DNA of 37,870 nucleotides, from positions 62,001 through 99,870 of IMG/VR virus record IMGVR_UViG_3300030103_004582. The stretch is one strand, 5' to 3'. This document shows, one piece after another, positions 19,256-28,360 of this stretch. The position numbers were made by a program, and so were the translations under genes. Numbering within the stretch: the stretch's first letter is position 1; each line of letters begins with the position of its first letter. Under the pieces are notes generated by a model. The model did no database searches and was not told the origin of the DNA. It saw only the letters and a program-made list of their open reading frames with translations. Origin of the DNA: an uncultured virus (IMG/VR IMGVR_UViG_3300030103_004582) (taxonomy: Duplodnaviria > Heunggongvirae > Uroviricota > Caudoviricetes).

Positions 19256-19993
19256 ATGTCTGAAGAATCTAAAAAGAGAGGTAGGAAAAGAACCACTAAT
19301 TTATATTTCGGACCAGAAGAAGAAAAAGCGGTTGTAGAATTTTTAACTTGTGAAGATGATCATAAACGTAATCGTATATATAATAATAGTTTACGTGCAC
19401 CTTTAAATAAAATGATAGAGTCTATAATAAGAAGATATAAACTTTATAGGAAAGATATGGAGTTCGAAGATCTTCATGCCGATACCTTATCATTTTTAGC
19501 AATGAAAATGAATAAGTTTGAACCTGAACAAGGTAAAAAAGCCTATTCATATTTTGGTACTATTTGTAAAAATTACCTATTAGGTCAATTACTTAAGTCT
19601 GATAAAAGAATGAAAACAGACTTAGCATATGATGATGTTTATAAGACTGTAGAAGAAATGGATGACTATCAATATACATTAGAAGAAAGAGATAAAACCC
19701 CATTAGATGAATTTATTAGAGAAATATCAGCAAATATTAAAGCTGAAATTGAACACGGTAAATTAAATGAAAATGAATTAGCCGTTGGTAATTCTCTAAT
19801 GCAAGTTTTAGATAACTGGGAAACTATTTTTGAACAAGTAGAAAGTGGTAATAAGTATAATAAAAATTTAATACTAGCTTATATTAGAGAATTATCAGGT
19901 TTAACTACTAAAGACATACGTGTAGCTATGAGAAGATTTAAAAAGATTTACTCTGCATTAAAAGGATTCAAAATAGAAAAGGGATTATTATAA
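19256..19993 (+). CDS. Phage sigma factor, T4 gp55-like late sigma
   Basis: Region-2-like EDLHADTLSFL..KMNKFEPEQGKKAYSYFGTICKNYL; lies directly before the late genes. Confidence 0.75.
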   Translation: MSEESKKRGRKRTTNLYFGPEEEKAVVEFLTCEDDHKRNRIYNNSLRAPLNKMIESIIRRYKLYRKDMEFEDLHADTLSFLAMKMNKFEPEQGKKAYSYFGTICKNYLLGQLLKSDKRMKTDLAYDDVYKTVEEMDDYQYTLEERDKTPLDEFIREISANIKAEIEHGKLNENELAVGNSLMQVLDNWETIFEQVESGNKYNKNLILAYIRELSGLTTKDIRVAMRRFKKIYSALKGFKIEKGLL

Positions 19994-20007
19994 TTTTAAT
20001 TTTCCAG

Positions 20008-20015
20008 TATTTATA
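20008..20015 (+). promoter_or_regulatory. Putative late promoter TATTTATA
   Basis: 14 nt upstream of ATG 20030. Confidence 0.65.
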
Positions 20016-20029
20016 TAAAAACATATCTT

Positions 20030-20413
20030 ATGGGAAGACCAAAGAAAACTAAAATAAATTTAGATAAGGGTAGTTTACAAGAATTTATGCAAGAAATTTA
20101 TAACGACTGTGTGAATGTTATGAATAGTGCTCGCAAAGAACTTAATGAGCGTAAAAATAGAGCGGAGATTGAGGATATTAATGATGAATCTATGATTGGT
20201 AAAGTAAATAATGATACACTAAAAATAATAGAGGGTACTATAGATAGAAAGTTAGCATTAGCCAAATTACAAAGTCAAATTGTTGACACTGATAATAAAG
20301 AAGACAATAAAATTAACAATGATAGTTCTTTAAGTGAAGATGATAAAAGTTTATTAAGGGATTTATTTAACGAACAAAAAGAAAAAAATAATACCGATTA
20401 CGAATTAGATTAA
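20030..20413 (+). CDS. Helical late protein, possibly terminase small subunit
   Basis: 127-aa coiled-coil ORF; function is inferred from size and helicity only. Confidence 0.5.
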   Translation: MGRPKKTKINLDKGSLQEFMQEIYNDCVNVMNSARKELNERKNRAEIEDINDESMIGKVNNDTLKIIEGTIDRKLALAKLQSQIVDTDNKEDNKINNDSSLSEDDKSLLRDLFNEQKEKNNTDYELD

Positions 20414-20416
20414 TCA

Positions 20417-22108
20417 ATGGGAGAAGGAAAAAGAGATAGACTAAATAAAATTTGTGATAATATTGAAACGTTAAAAGAACAACTGAATATTAAACAAAAA
20501 ATTATAGATGAGATAAAAAGATTGAAGTCTCAATGTAATGGTGCACCACAATTTTCTATAGATGCTTCTTTACCTTCTTTAAATGTAAATTTCGCAATAT
20601 TTTATTTTATAAAAGATATTTTAGCAGTTGCCGGTGATTTAAAAGTAGATGAAATAAAAACAAAAATAATTAATTGGTTGGTGTCAGTAATTGATCCTTT
20701 ATCAAATAGATTAAACAATATTTTTAAACAAGGTTTAAAAAGTTGTTATACATGTAAATGCCAACCTAATATTGGACCTTGGATGTTTAAAAATAATCCA
20801 GATACTGGACAATCAGGAAATGGTTTTAACATTAAAGTTGAGGATATAGATGAAAGATGTATACTTAAAATAAATCCTAATAGTGAAATAGGTGCAACAA
20901 AATATGATGATGGGTTTAATAGATTTTTATGGGATGTAATACAACAAACTCCAGCAACAATACCGTGGGTTAATCCTAATAATGGTAGAACTATTGCACA
21001 TTTTACTTTTTTAGAAAATTCATCTACGGCATTTACTGTCGGTTCAACAAATAATCCACAAACTACTAATCCAGAACCTAATGTTATTAATGTTAAAATA
21101 GATGATTACTATCAAAATAAAACATTAACAGATTTTACTATGGAGTATTTAGATAGTATTTTACCACTTTTTGATGTACAAACTGTTTTTACTACCGCAT
21201 TAGATGGAGTTTTTGGTGTATCTATTAGTGAGTTAAGGAAAAGAAGTCAAATTAGTGATAGATGTATTGAAAAAGAAATGGAGGCTGATGCCTATATTGA
21301 ACAAATTTTAGAGTTTGGTTTAGAAGATGAAACAGAAACTGTTTTAGACGATTCTTTATTTGAGTTCAGTGAGAGAAGAATTACTAATATAAGACAGACT
21401 ATAGAAGATAAGAAAAAAGGTGAAATGGTTTTTACTGATTGTTGTAATAAAAAAACTGCATCGATAAATTCTCAAACATTGGTTGATATTAATAACCAAA
21501 TGTCACAAGCAGTTAATGATGGAGAAAAAGTAGAAATATTAGAAAAGGGAATGACTGATATTATTAATCAAACAACTAATAACGTAGACCCAATTGATTC
21601 ACCTAAAGCAAGTTTAGAATTTTTAATTAGATTATTAAGTAATATGACTAAAGAAATATTTAAGTTGACTAATTCACCTAAAAATAAAATGTTAACCCAA
21701 ATGATGGAATATTTTACTAACGGTGAGACAAAAGGTGTTTTAAAAAGTTATTATAAATCTAGTTCTTGTACATGGAAAGACATATTAAAAGAATTACTTA
21801 AAAAACTAATATATGAATTATTATTGCCATGGTTAATAAAAAATCTAAAACCGATAATTATCTGTGTAATAACTAAATTATTAAAAGAAAAAATAAAGAA
21901 TACTCAATTATCTATGACATCTTTAGTTCCAGGATTTGGTTTATTACCTCCAGAAGCTCAATTAAAAATACTTAAAGCAATAAGTGGTATATCTAATGGT
22001 TTAAGTAAAGCCAATAATGTTGCGGGTAACTTTACAAATAAATTAAATCTAGGTTCAGTTAAGGACGCATTAGGTTTAAAGGGAGAGGGGTTAGGAAAAT
22101 TCTGTTAA
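20417..22108 (+). CDS. Cys-rich hypothetical structural protein in the baseplate region
   Basis: 563-aa ORF with CYTCKC and DCCN; late operon upstream of the gp5-like gene. Confidence 0.65.
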   Translation: MGEGKRDRLNKICDNIETLKEQLNIKQKIIDEIKRLKSQCNGAPQFSIDASLPSLNVNFAIFYFIKDILAVAGDLKVDEIKTKIINWLVSVIDPLSNRLNNIFKQGLKSCYTCKCQPNIGPWMFKNNPDTGQSGNGFNIKVEDIDERCILKINPNSEIGATKYDDGFNRFLWDVIQQTPATIPWVNPNNGRTIAHFTFLENSSTAFTVGSTNNPQTTNPEPNVINVKIDDYYQNKTLTDFTMEYLDSILPLFDVQTVFTTALDGVFGVSISELRKRSQISDRCIEKEMEADAYIEQILEFGLEDETETVLDDSLFEFSERRITNIRQTIEDKKKGEMVFTDCCNKKTASINSQTLVDINNQMSQAVNDGEKVEILEKGMTDIINQTTNNVDPIDSPKASLEFLIRLLSNMTKEIFKLTNSPKNKMLTQMMEYFTNGETKGVLKSYYKSSSCTWKDILKELLKKLIYELLLPWLIKNLKPIIICVITKLLKEKIKNTQLSMTSLVPGFGLLPPEAQLKILKAISGISNGLSKANNVAGNFTNKLNLGSVKDALGLKGEGLGKFC

Positions 22109-22110
22109 TT

Positions 22111-22509
22111 ATGAGTATAACATCATTAAATACAATAGCTAAGTTTTTAAAAGGTTTAATGTCACCACCAACGCCATTACCACCAATAACTAAATTACAG
22201 ATTTCATTGGGTATGCCATTAAGACCTGGTTTAAGTGCACAAAAAATATGGTCTAGAATTGCTTCACAAAAAGGAGACGCTGGTTTACCTCAAGTACCTT
22301 CGGAAGAAGATTTAGCAATGGAAATGATAAGAATAGAGGCAATAGTTGATGCTCTATTAACAGATGCTAAAATAGAAGTAGTAATACCTGAAGGACAAAT
22401 TAAAGTAACCGTATATAGTATTTCTCCGGCAGGACCAACACCCATTGGGTTTGGAATTAATGATCAACCAGTAATTGGTCAAGCAAAAGGTGCAGGTATA
22501 ATTAGATAA
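22111..22509 (+). CDS. Hypothetical baseplate- or spike-associated protein
   Basis: 132-aa Pro/Gly-rich ORF near the gp5-like gene. Confidence 0.6.
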   Translation: MSITSLNTIAKFLKGLMSPPTPLPPITKLQISLGMPLRPGLSAQKIWSRIASQKGDAGLPQVPSEEDLAMEMIRIEAIVDALLTDAKIEVVIPEGQIKVTVYSISPAGPTPIGFGINDQPVIGQAKGAGIIR

Positions 22510-22707
22510 ATGGAAAAAGAAAAAGAAATAATAAAGTGGAATAATATGTCTAATGCTTCTATTAAACATGAATTAGAAAGTATAAAAGAATATCACTTAT
22601 CACTAAAAACACAAATATCTAAATTGTTAGATAAAATAGATGAATTAGAAAAAGAATACTTCTTAGGTAATAACATATTAGAAAAAAGAAAAAAAGGAAT
22701 TGATTAA
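22510..22707 (+). CDS. Small coiled-coil hypothetical protein
   Basis: 65 aa, abuts or overlaps both neighbours. Confidence 0.65.
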   Translation: MEKEKEIIKWNNMSNASIKHELESIKEYHLSLKTQISKLLDKIDELEKEYFLGNNILEKRKKGID

Positions 22708-24029
22708 TGTCTACTGCAAATGCTACATATGAAAAGTTAAACAGAGAAACAATACCATTTATTAGGGTAGGTGAAGTTGTAGATGTTTATGATCCTAAAA
22801 AAACTGGTAGAATTAAAGTTCGAATTGAGGGTATTGATAAAGGTGATGTTACAGTTAATTCTTTACCGTATTGTGTTCCTTTAACTCCTCGTTTTTTAAA
22901 TGTAATGCCTAAATTAGGTGAATTAGTTTTAGTATTTCAGTATGAACATAAGAAAGGTATTAAATATACTGAATTTACAAGTCAAAGGTTTTGGATGGGT
23001 CCTTTAATATCCCAATCTAATAAATTGAATTTTGATCCTATTATAGATGCTAGGTCAGTAATGACTGGTGGTAAATTTAAAATTCCTGATATAACTTTAA
23101 GTAATACAACTGGTGTTTATCCGAATGATGAAGATATTGCGTTACAAAGTAGAGGTAATACTGATGTAATATTAAAAGAAGGGCAGATATGGTTAAGAGC
23201 AGGTAAATATAAAGATACTGAAGAAAAAAATCAATTCAACGATAAAGATTTAGGTTACATTCAAGTAAAGTATGGTGGTAATGAATTAGTAAGAACATTA
23301 AAAGATAAAGTTATTAGTAGTTATGTTTATGATAAAGCAGAAACACTAATTGATGTTCAAATAGACACATTAAATGTTGATAATGAAGTTTTAGCAGGTA
23401 ATTTAACACCTAATGAGTATAGTCAAAGTACTAAAAATGTAGTTAGAATAAATGTTAGTAAAATAAAAAACAAGTCTACTGTTTTTGAACAAGATTTTTT
23501 AAATCCAGGATTTACTACTAGAGATGAAGCAATTATTGCGGCAACCACTGCAGTTAAACCTTTTATTAGTGGTAAATGGAAGTTAAAATCTAACTCAGAT
23601 GAAATATTAAAAGAATTTGGTGGTGATTTAGCAGTAAAAACTGGTGTTGCGTTTTTTAAAGGTAATAAAAAAGAGGTTAAAAAAACAATAAAAGTTGTAA
23701 AATCAGAAGTTAATAAAGGTAAGGGTGGTAGTGTAATTAATGTGGTAGGTAATAAAATTAATTTAATTAGTCACGATGGGCCTCATACTTTTAATTTAAC
23801 AAATCCTGAAGAACTAATTTCTACTGAAGAACAAAATAAAATAAATAATGACGCACACCCTTTAGTATATGGAGATATATTAGTAGAATTTTTAGAATTA
23901 GTTAAATCATATGTTGCAGGACACATTCATAATTATCATGGAATGCCGGCAACAGAATTACCAAATAAAATAAATGTTCTAAATTTTAACTTAGATAGGA
24001 TATTAAATAAAAACATTAACAGTAATTAA
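22707..24029 (+). CDS. Baseplate central spike (gp5/gpV/VgrG-like OB-fold protein)
   Basis: GEVVDVYDPKKTGRIKVRI...P.LGELV.V OB fold; C-terminal HIHNYH metal-tip motif. Confidence 0.8.
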   Translation: MSTANATYEKLNRETIPFIRVGEVVDVYDPKKTGRIKVRIEGIDKGDVTVNSLPYCVPLTPRFLNVMPKLGELVLVFQYEHKKGIKYTEFTSQRFWMGPLISQSNKLNFDPIIDARSVMTGGKFKIPDITLSNTTGVYPNDEDIALQSRGNTDVILKEGQIWLRAGKYKDTEEKNQFNDKDLGYIQVKYGGNELVRTLKDKVISSYVYDKAETLIDVQIDTLNVDNEVLAGNLTPNEYSQSTKNVVRINVSKIKNKSTVFEQDFLNPGFTTRDEAIIAATTAVKPFISGKWKLKSNSDEILKEFGGDLAVKTGVAFFKGNKKEVKKTIKVVKSEVNKGKGGSVINVVGNKINLISHDGPHTFNLTNPEELISTEEQNKINNDAHPLVYGDILVEFLELVKSYVAGHIHNYHGMPATELPNKINVLNFNLDRILNKNINSN

Positions 24030-24031
24030 GA

Positions 24032-24040
24032 TATTTATTA
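24032..24040 (+). promoter_or_regulatory. Putative late promoter TATTTATTA
   Basis: GATATTTATTA, 10 nt before ATG 24051. Confidence 0.65.
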
Positions 24041-24050
24041 ATAAAAAGAA

Positions 24051-25526
24051 ATGGTAATAAGAACTTACATAGATAAAAACAACACTATAATTAAAAATAG
24101 TGACGTTAATACGGGTAGAAATCCTATAGTAGAATTATTTTATGGTGGAAAAACTGGAGAAACTGATTTTACTAGACATTTATTATACTTTGATGTTGAA
24201 GATTTACAAAATAGATATAATAATGGAGAATTAGGGGATTTATCTAAAGTTACTCATACTCTAAGAATGTGTAACAGTTCTTTTTTTGATAGTAATCTTC
24301 AAGCACAAAAAGTATTAGATGATAAACAACGAACATCTTCTTTTGAATTAATGTTATTTAGAGTTAATCAAGATTGGGATGAAGGTACAGGTTATGATTA
24401 CCAAAGATATATGAAATTAGAGGACGACAATGACATTACATTTGTACAAAGTGCTAGTAATTGGTTTTTGGCAGATACATTGAATCCTTGGTCTAGTGAG
24501 GGAGTCTATTCTGCAGAAACTTATTGTGATTTTAATGGAGATAGTGGATCAACTTGTGAAGGTTTGACAGGTCATACAACAGTAACACCTTCAGTAACAG
24601 GAATTACAGTTACAACACAACATTTTGATAAAGGTAATGAAAATATTGAAATGGATATGACTGAAGAAGTTAATAGTTTAATTACTGGTGGAACAACTAA
24701 TTATGGTTACGGAATTGCCTTTGTCCCACCATTAGAAGAAACTATTATAGTTCCTGCACAATATGTAGGTTTTTTTAGTAGACATACACAGACATACTAC
24801 CAACCATTTTTAGATACTGATTATAATAACCCAATTAAGGATGATAGAAAAAATTTCTATAAAAATAAAAATAATAAAATATACCTTTATAGTAACGTAG
24901 GTGGAGAACCTAAAAATTTAGATAGTAATCCTAGTGTTACCATATATGATAATGAGGGCACTATATTTTCTTCTATTACAGAAACAGTACAAGTCTCAAC
25001 TGGAATTTATTACGCAGAAGTATTCGTACCAAATACTGTTGAAAGTGGTGTATTATACTTCGATGAATGGAGTGATTTAACAGTAGATGGTATAAATATT
25101 GAAAATGTTGAATTATCATTTGAAATTAAACCAGAAAGTGAATACTATCAAATAGGTAATAATGATTCTCTTCCTGTAGATTATGCAATGTCATTAAGTG
25201 GTGTTAAAAGAGATGAAAGAATCAAAAGAGGTGATGTAAGAAAAATTTTAGTATCTGCGAGGTTACCTTTTACAGTTGACGAAAGTAAAACTATTGATAA
25301 TTTAGAATATAGAGTTTGGGTTACTGAAGGAAACACACAAGTAAATGTAATTGATTGGAGGGATGTTAATATGGCATATCTATCTAATTATTTCTTATTG
25401 GATACTTCTTGGATGATACCTAATGAATATTATATAGACATTAAATTAACGTCAAATCAAGAAGTTAAACAGTATACTAATGTAATGAACTTTAATATTG
25501 TCAATCAAGTAGACAAATTACACTGA
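24051..25526 (+). CDS. Virion structural protein (DNRLRE-like N-terminal domain, beta-rich C-terminus)
   Basis: DKNNTI...NTG...RHLLYFD...WDEGTG...NW...W...NYGYGI...FFSR.T...P.L pattern. Confidence 0.6.
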   Translation: MVIRTYIDKNNTIIKNSDVNTGRNPIVELFYGGKTGETDFTRHLLYFDVEDLQNRYNNGELGDLSKVTHTLRMCNSSFFDSNLQAQKVLDDKQRTSSFELMLFRVNQDWDEGTGYDYQRYMKLEDDNDITFVQSASNWFLADTLNPWSSEGVYSAETYCDFNGDSGSTCEGLTGHTTVTPSVTGITVTTQHFDKGNENIEMDMTEEVNSLITGGTTNYGYGIAFVPPLEETIIVPAQYVGFFSRHTQTYYQPFLDTDYNNPIKDDRKNFYKNKNNKIYLYSNVGGEPKNLDSNPSVTIYDNEGTIFSSITETVQVSTGIYYAEVFVPNTVESGVLYFDEWSDLTVDGINIENVELSFEIKPESEYYQIGNNDSLPVDYAMSLSGVKRDERIKRGDVRKILVSARLPFTVDESKTIDNLEYRVWVTEGNTQVNVIDWRDVNMAYLSNYFLLDTSWMIPNEYYIDIKLTSNQEVKQYTNVMNFNIVNQVDKLH

Positions 25527-25555
25527 TTTTAGTCGATTTTAGGGGATTTTTAACA

Positions 25556-25582
25556 GTCTTATATGTAATATACATATAAGAC
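25556..25582. repeat. Perfect 12-bp inverted repeat between convergent genes
   Basis: GTCTTATATGTA-ATA-TACATATAAGAC. Confidence 0.85.
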
Positions 25583-25596
25583 AGGATTTATGTCAT

Positions 25597-26487
25597 TTAG
25601 TCGTCTTTTACACCTTTACCATAAATAAACGTCATTCCATTAAGTGTAGAACGTAATTTTTCTATTAACATATCTATAAATTCAATAACACTTTCCTTAG
25701 ATAAAACTTCAGGTAATTTTATGTCCTCAGTCCATATTATACCCTCATCTTTATACTCATGTCCGAATTTATATTCACATTTACCTTGAAGATAATTTTG
25801 AGATTTTTCATCTTCATCTTTGTAATAATCTAATCGTATTGATGCAGTTATACCCATATTACGCATAGTATCCCAACTAGTAGCCTCTATATCCTTTGGT
25901 TCTATAATATTTTCTTCAGTAGGTTGAATATATAACATCACACCATTATAAGTAGACCAAACCAGAGGTCTTACAGATAATTTTACTTCATTTGCTTCTT
26001 TTCTAGATTCCTCCAATTCCTTATAACTTCTTGGTGGGAAACTTTGATATATTATACCAGGAAGTACCTCATTTTCATTTTGAGTTTTAACGTTATATTC
26101 TACAGGTTTTGTTAGATAAAAATTATTATCTTCATTTTTCTTTGATTCAATGTAGTCATCTAATATATCTCTAAATGCGTGATTCATAAATAAATCACTT
26201 CTATTATTTTTTTTCCTAAGACTTTCGAACTCCTTAAACAATTTTTCACCATTCCAAAAATACGTAGATGCCAAATCGTGTGCAATATCATAAGGTATTT
26301 CAAAAAATTCTATTAAGAATGCTGCTGCAGCCCACTTATCAAAATTCCACGATTTTTCAATCTTACCTGATGCCATACCAAATTTCTGATGAAGAACAGA
26401 TAATAACTTTTTTTCTTGTGGTGTAAACTCATCAATAGTGTCAATTAAAAGTGATTCTAATAATACGTGCTTTTTCTTAATAATCAT
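25597..26487 (-). CDS. Hypothetical late protein
   Basis: 296-aa ORF with own late motif; N-terminal ...VLLES. Confidence 0.75.
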   Translation of the reverse strand: MIIKKKHVLLESLLIDTIDEFTPQEKKLLSVLHQKFGMASGKIEKSWNFDKWAAAAFLIEFFEIPYDIAHDLASTYFWNGEKLFKEFESLRKKNNRSDLFMNHAFRDILDDYIESKKNEDNNFYLTKPVEYNVKTQNENEVLPGIIYQSFPPRSYKELEESRKEANEVKLSVRPLVWSTYNGVMLYIQPTEENIIEPKDIEATSWDTMRNMGITASIRLDYYKDEDEKSQNYLQGKCEYKFGHEYKDEGIIWTEDIKLPEVLSKESVIEFIDMLIEKLRSTLNGMTFIYGKGVKDD

Positions 26488-26504
26488 AGTATGCTAATAT
26501 AATA

Positions 26505-26513
26505 ATAAATATC
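26505..26513 (-). promoter_or_regulatory. Putative late promoter GATATTTAT
   Basis: 17 nt before ATG 26487, just downstream of the capsid terminator. Confidence 0.65.
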
Positions 26514-26522
26514 TTATAAAAC

Positions 26523-26558
26523 AAAAAAAAAGGGTAGAAAATAAATTCCACCCTTTTT
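26523..26558 (-). terminator. Intrinsic terminator after the major capsid gene
   Basis: Minus strand AAAAAGGGTGGAA-TTTATT-TTCTACCC followed by T9. Confidence 0.85.
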
Positions 26559-26581
26559 AGTATTAAGTTGTATTATTAAGA

Positions 26582-28324
26582 TTATCTTAATAAGTTAACA
26601 TCAAATGTTACAACTCCATCAATTGTCAACGTTGCGTAGAAACGGTTATTAACCATTTTCTTAGCGTATCTAGTCATGATACCCTTAGTTGGTGCAAAGT
26701 TGAATGGGTTTTGTAACGTAGGAGTCAATTGTAATGGTACGTAAGGTGCATAAATGTACCCAGTGTCCAATAATGACTTTCCTTTGTGTCCAACAATGAT
26801 TGAGTTAGCTGGTGCGTAAGGATCTCTATATACAGTGTATCTTCCTCCTAATGAACCAATCTTCTCAATACCCATATTGTACTGATCTTGCTCTGGTGCT
26901 GCGTTAGATACGTGGAAGTATTCTAAATCATCAAATATCGCAGAAGCTTCAGAAGAAACTACGATAAAGTTAGCACCACCTCTTAGAGTTGATTTATGAA
27001 TTTGTGCAGATAATTGGTTAATTCTAGTGATTAACGTCTGATTCCACTCTTTCTGAGTGTATGCGTTAAATCCACCACCATTATTAGCTCTTTTCCATCC
27101 GTTGTAATCCCATCTTAATGTCCAAGCTGCACCAGATCTTAAATCTCTAAGGATTTCCCTGTCGATTTCAGCTGCTACTTGCTCAGATAATAAAGCCGTT
27201 AATTCAGCTTCAGCATCAATGTTATGGAATGCACTAACGTCTTGTGCTAATTCTGGAGACCAAGTTGCTCTTAATTTTCTTTCAGTTACCGAAACAACTA
27301 CTTCATCAAGTTCGAAAGAAACTTCTCCCATTTCAGTTGCAAATTCTAAAGTTGCATATTGCATCCAAGATGCAGTAATTGTAGGATTAGTTCCTGTTAC
27401 TGCTCCGATATAACCATCGAATGTACCTGCATTACAACTAACACACGCTGGGTGAGATAAGTCTGCAGTTAACATTAAACATCCTTGTGGATCACAGATA
27501 TCATCATAATTAACGATACCTTTACCGTATACTTGTGCAGTTAAGTTAAATGGAATTGAATCACCAGCAGTGATAATAACTTCACCATCACCGTCTACGA
27601 TATCAACATCAGCAACAATTCTTAATGAAGATAAGAAAGATTCTGTATCCATTTCGTTTCCGTCAGGTCCAGTTAATCTTCCAGCTCCAGCAGATGTAAA
27701 TCCTGATACACACATTGTAAGATTTCTAACTGATCCATCAGCAGCAGCTGGTTGATCGTCAAATGCAGTAACAACAGTTTCACCGTTTGCACTTACAATA
27801 ACACCATAAGCGGTAGATTCAAAAATTGTAGCAGTACCTTTAGATGCATCAAACATACCATCATTATAGAATACATCATATAATGATTTTTGTAAGAATT
27901 CTGAAACGGCATTTCCACTACAAGAACTAAATACACATTCTGGTAAAGAACCGTTTTCAGCATTACCATTTAAAGGATTGTGATTTCTTCCAGTTGTTTT
28001 TGGTACAAAGTAGAATAATTTTCCAATTGGCATGTTCATCGCCTGTACCGATACGATATCGTTAGCCAATAATTTTGAGAATACCCTTCTTACGATAGGG
28101 AAAACTACAGTTTCGAAAGAACCAGACGATTGAGCATCTGTTGCTTCTGTCAATAAAGCTGAAGCTTGGTTTTCGTATAACTGAGCGATGTTCTCTTTTA
28201 CGTGACCTTTTAAACCTTCTAAGAATCCTAAAGAATCCCATTTTCCGATGGTTTTAGATCTAATTTGCTTCAAGTGTTCAAGTCCGATATTTCCAACTTC
28301 ACCTGAATTTAATAAATGTCCCAT
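26582..28324 (-). CDS. gp23: Major capsid protein, T4 gp23-like
   Basis: PIVRR, VQAMNMP.G..FY, RKLRATWSPELAQD....H.IDAEAEL, EIDREI, YAPYVPL, F.PTKGIMTRY. Confidence 0.97.
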   Translation of the reverse strand: MGHLLNSGEVGNIGLEHLKQIRSKTIGKWDSLGFLEGLKGHVKENIAQLYENQASALLTEATDAQSSGSFETVVFPIVRRVFSKLLANDIVSVQAMNMPIGKLFYFVPKTTGRNHNPLNGNAENGSLPECVFSSCSGNAVSEFLQKSLYDVFYNDGMFDASKGTATIFESTAYGVIVSANGETVVTAFDDQPAAADGSVRNLTMCVSGFTSAGAGRLTGPDGNEMDTESFLSSLRIVADVDIVDGDGEVIITAGDSIPFNLTAQVYGKGIVNYDDICDPQGCLMLTADLSHPACVSCNAGTFDGYIGAVTGTNPTITASWMQYATLEFATEMGEVSFELDEVVVSVTERKLRATWSPELAQDVSAFHNIDAEAELTALLSEQVAAEIDREILRDLRSGAAWTLRWDYNGWKRANNGGGFNAYTQKEWNQTLITRINQLSAQIHKSTLRGGANFIVVSSEASAIFDDLEYFHVSNAAPEQDQYNMGIEKIGSLGGRYTVYRDPYAPANSIIVGHKGKSLLDTGYIYAPYVPLQLTPTLQNPFNFAPTKGIMTRYAKKMVNNRFYATLTIDGVVTFDVNLLR

Positions 28325-28360
28325 TTTTTGAGTTTTTTATTTTTTTGTTATTTTATTATT

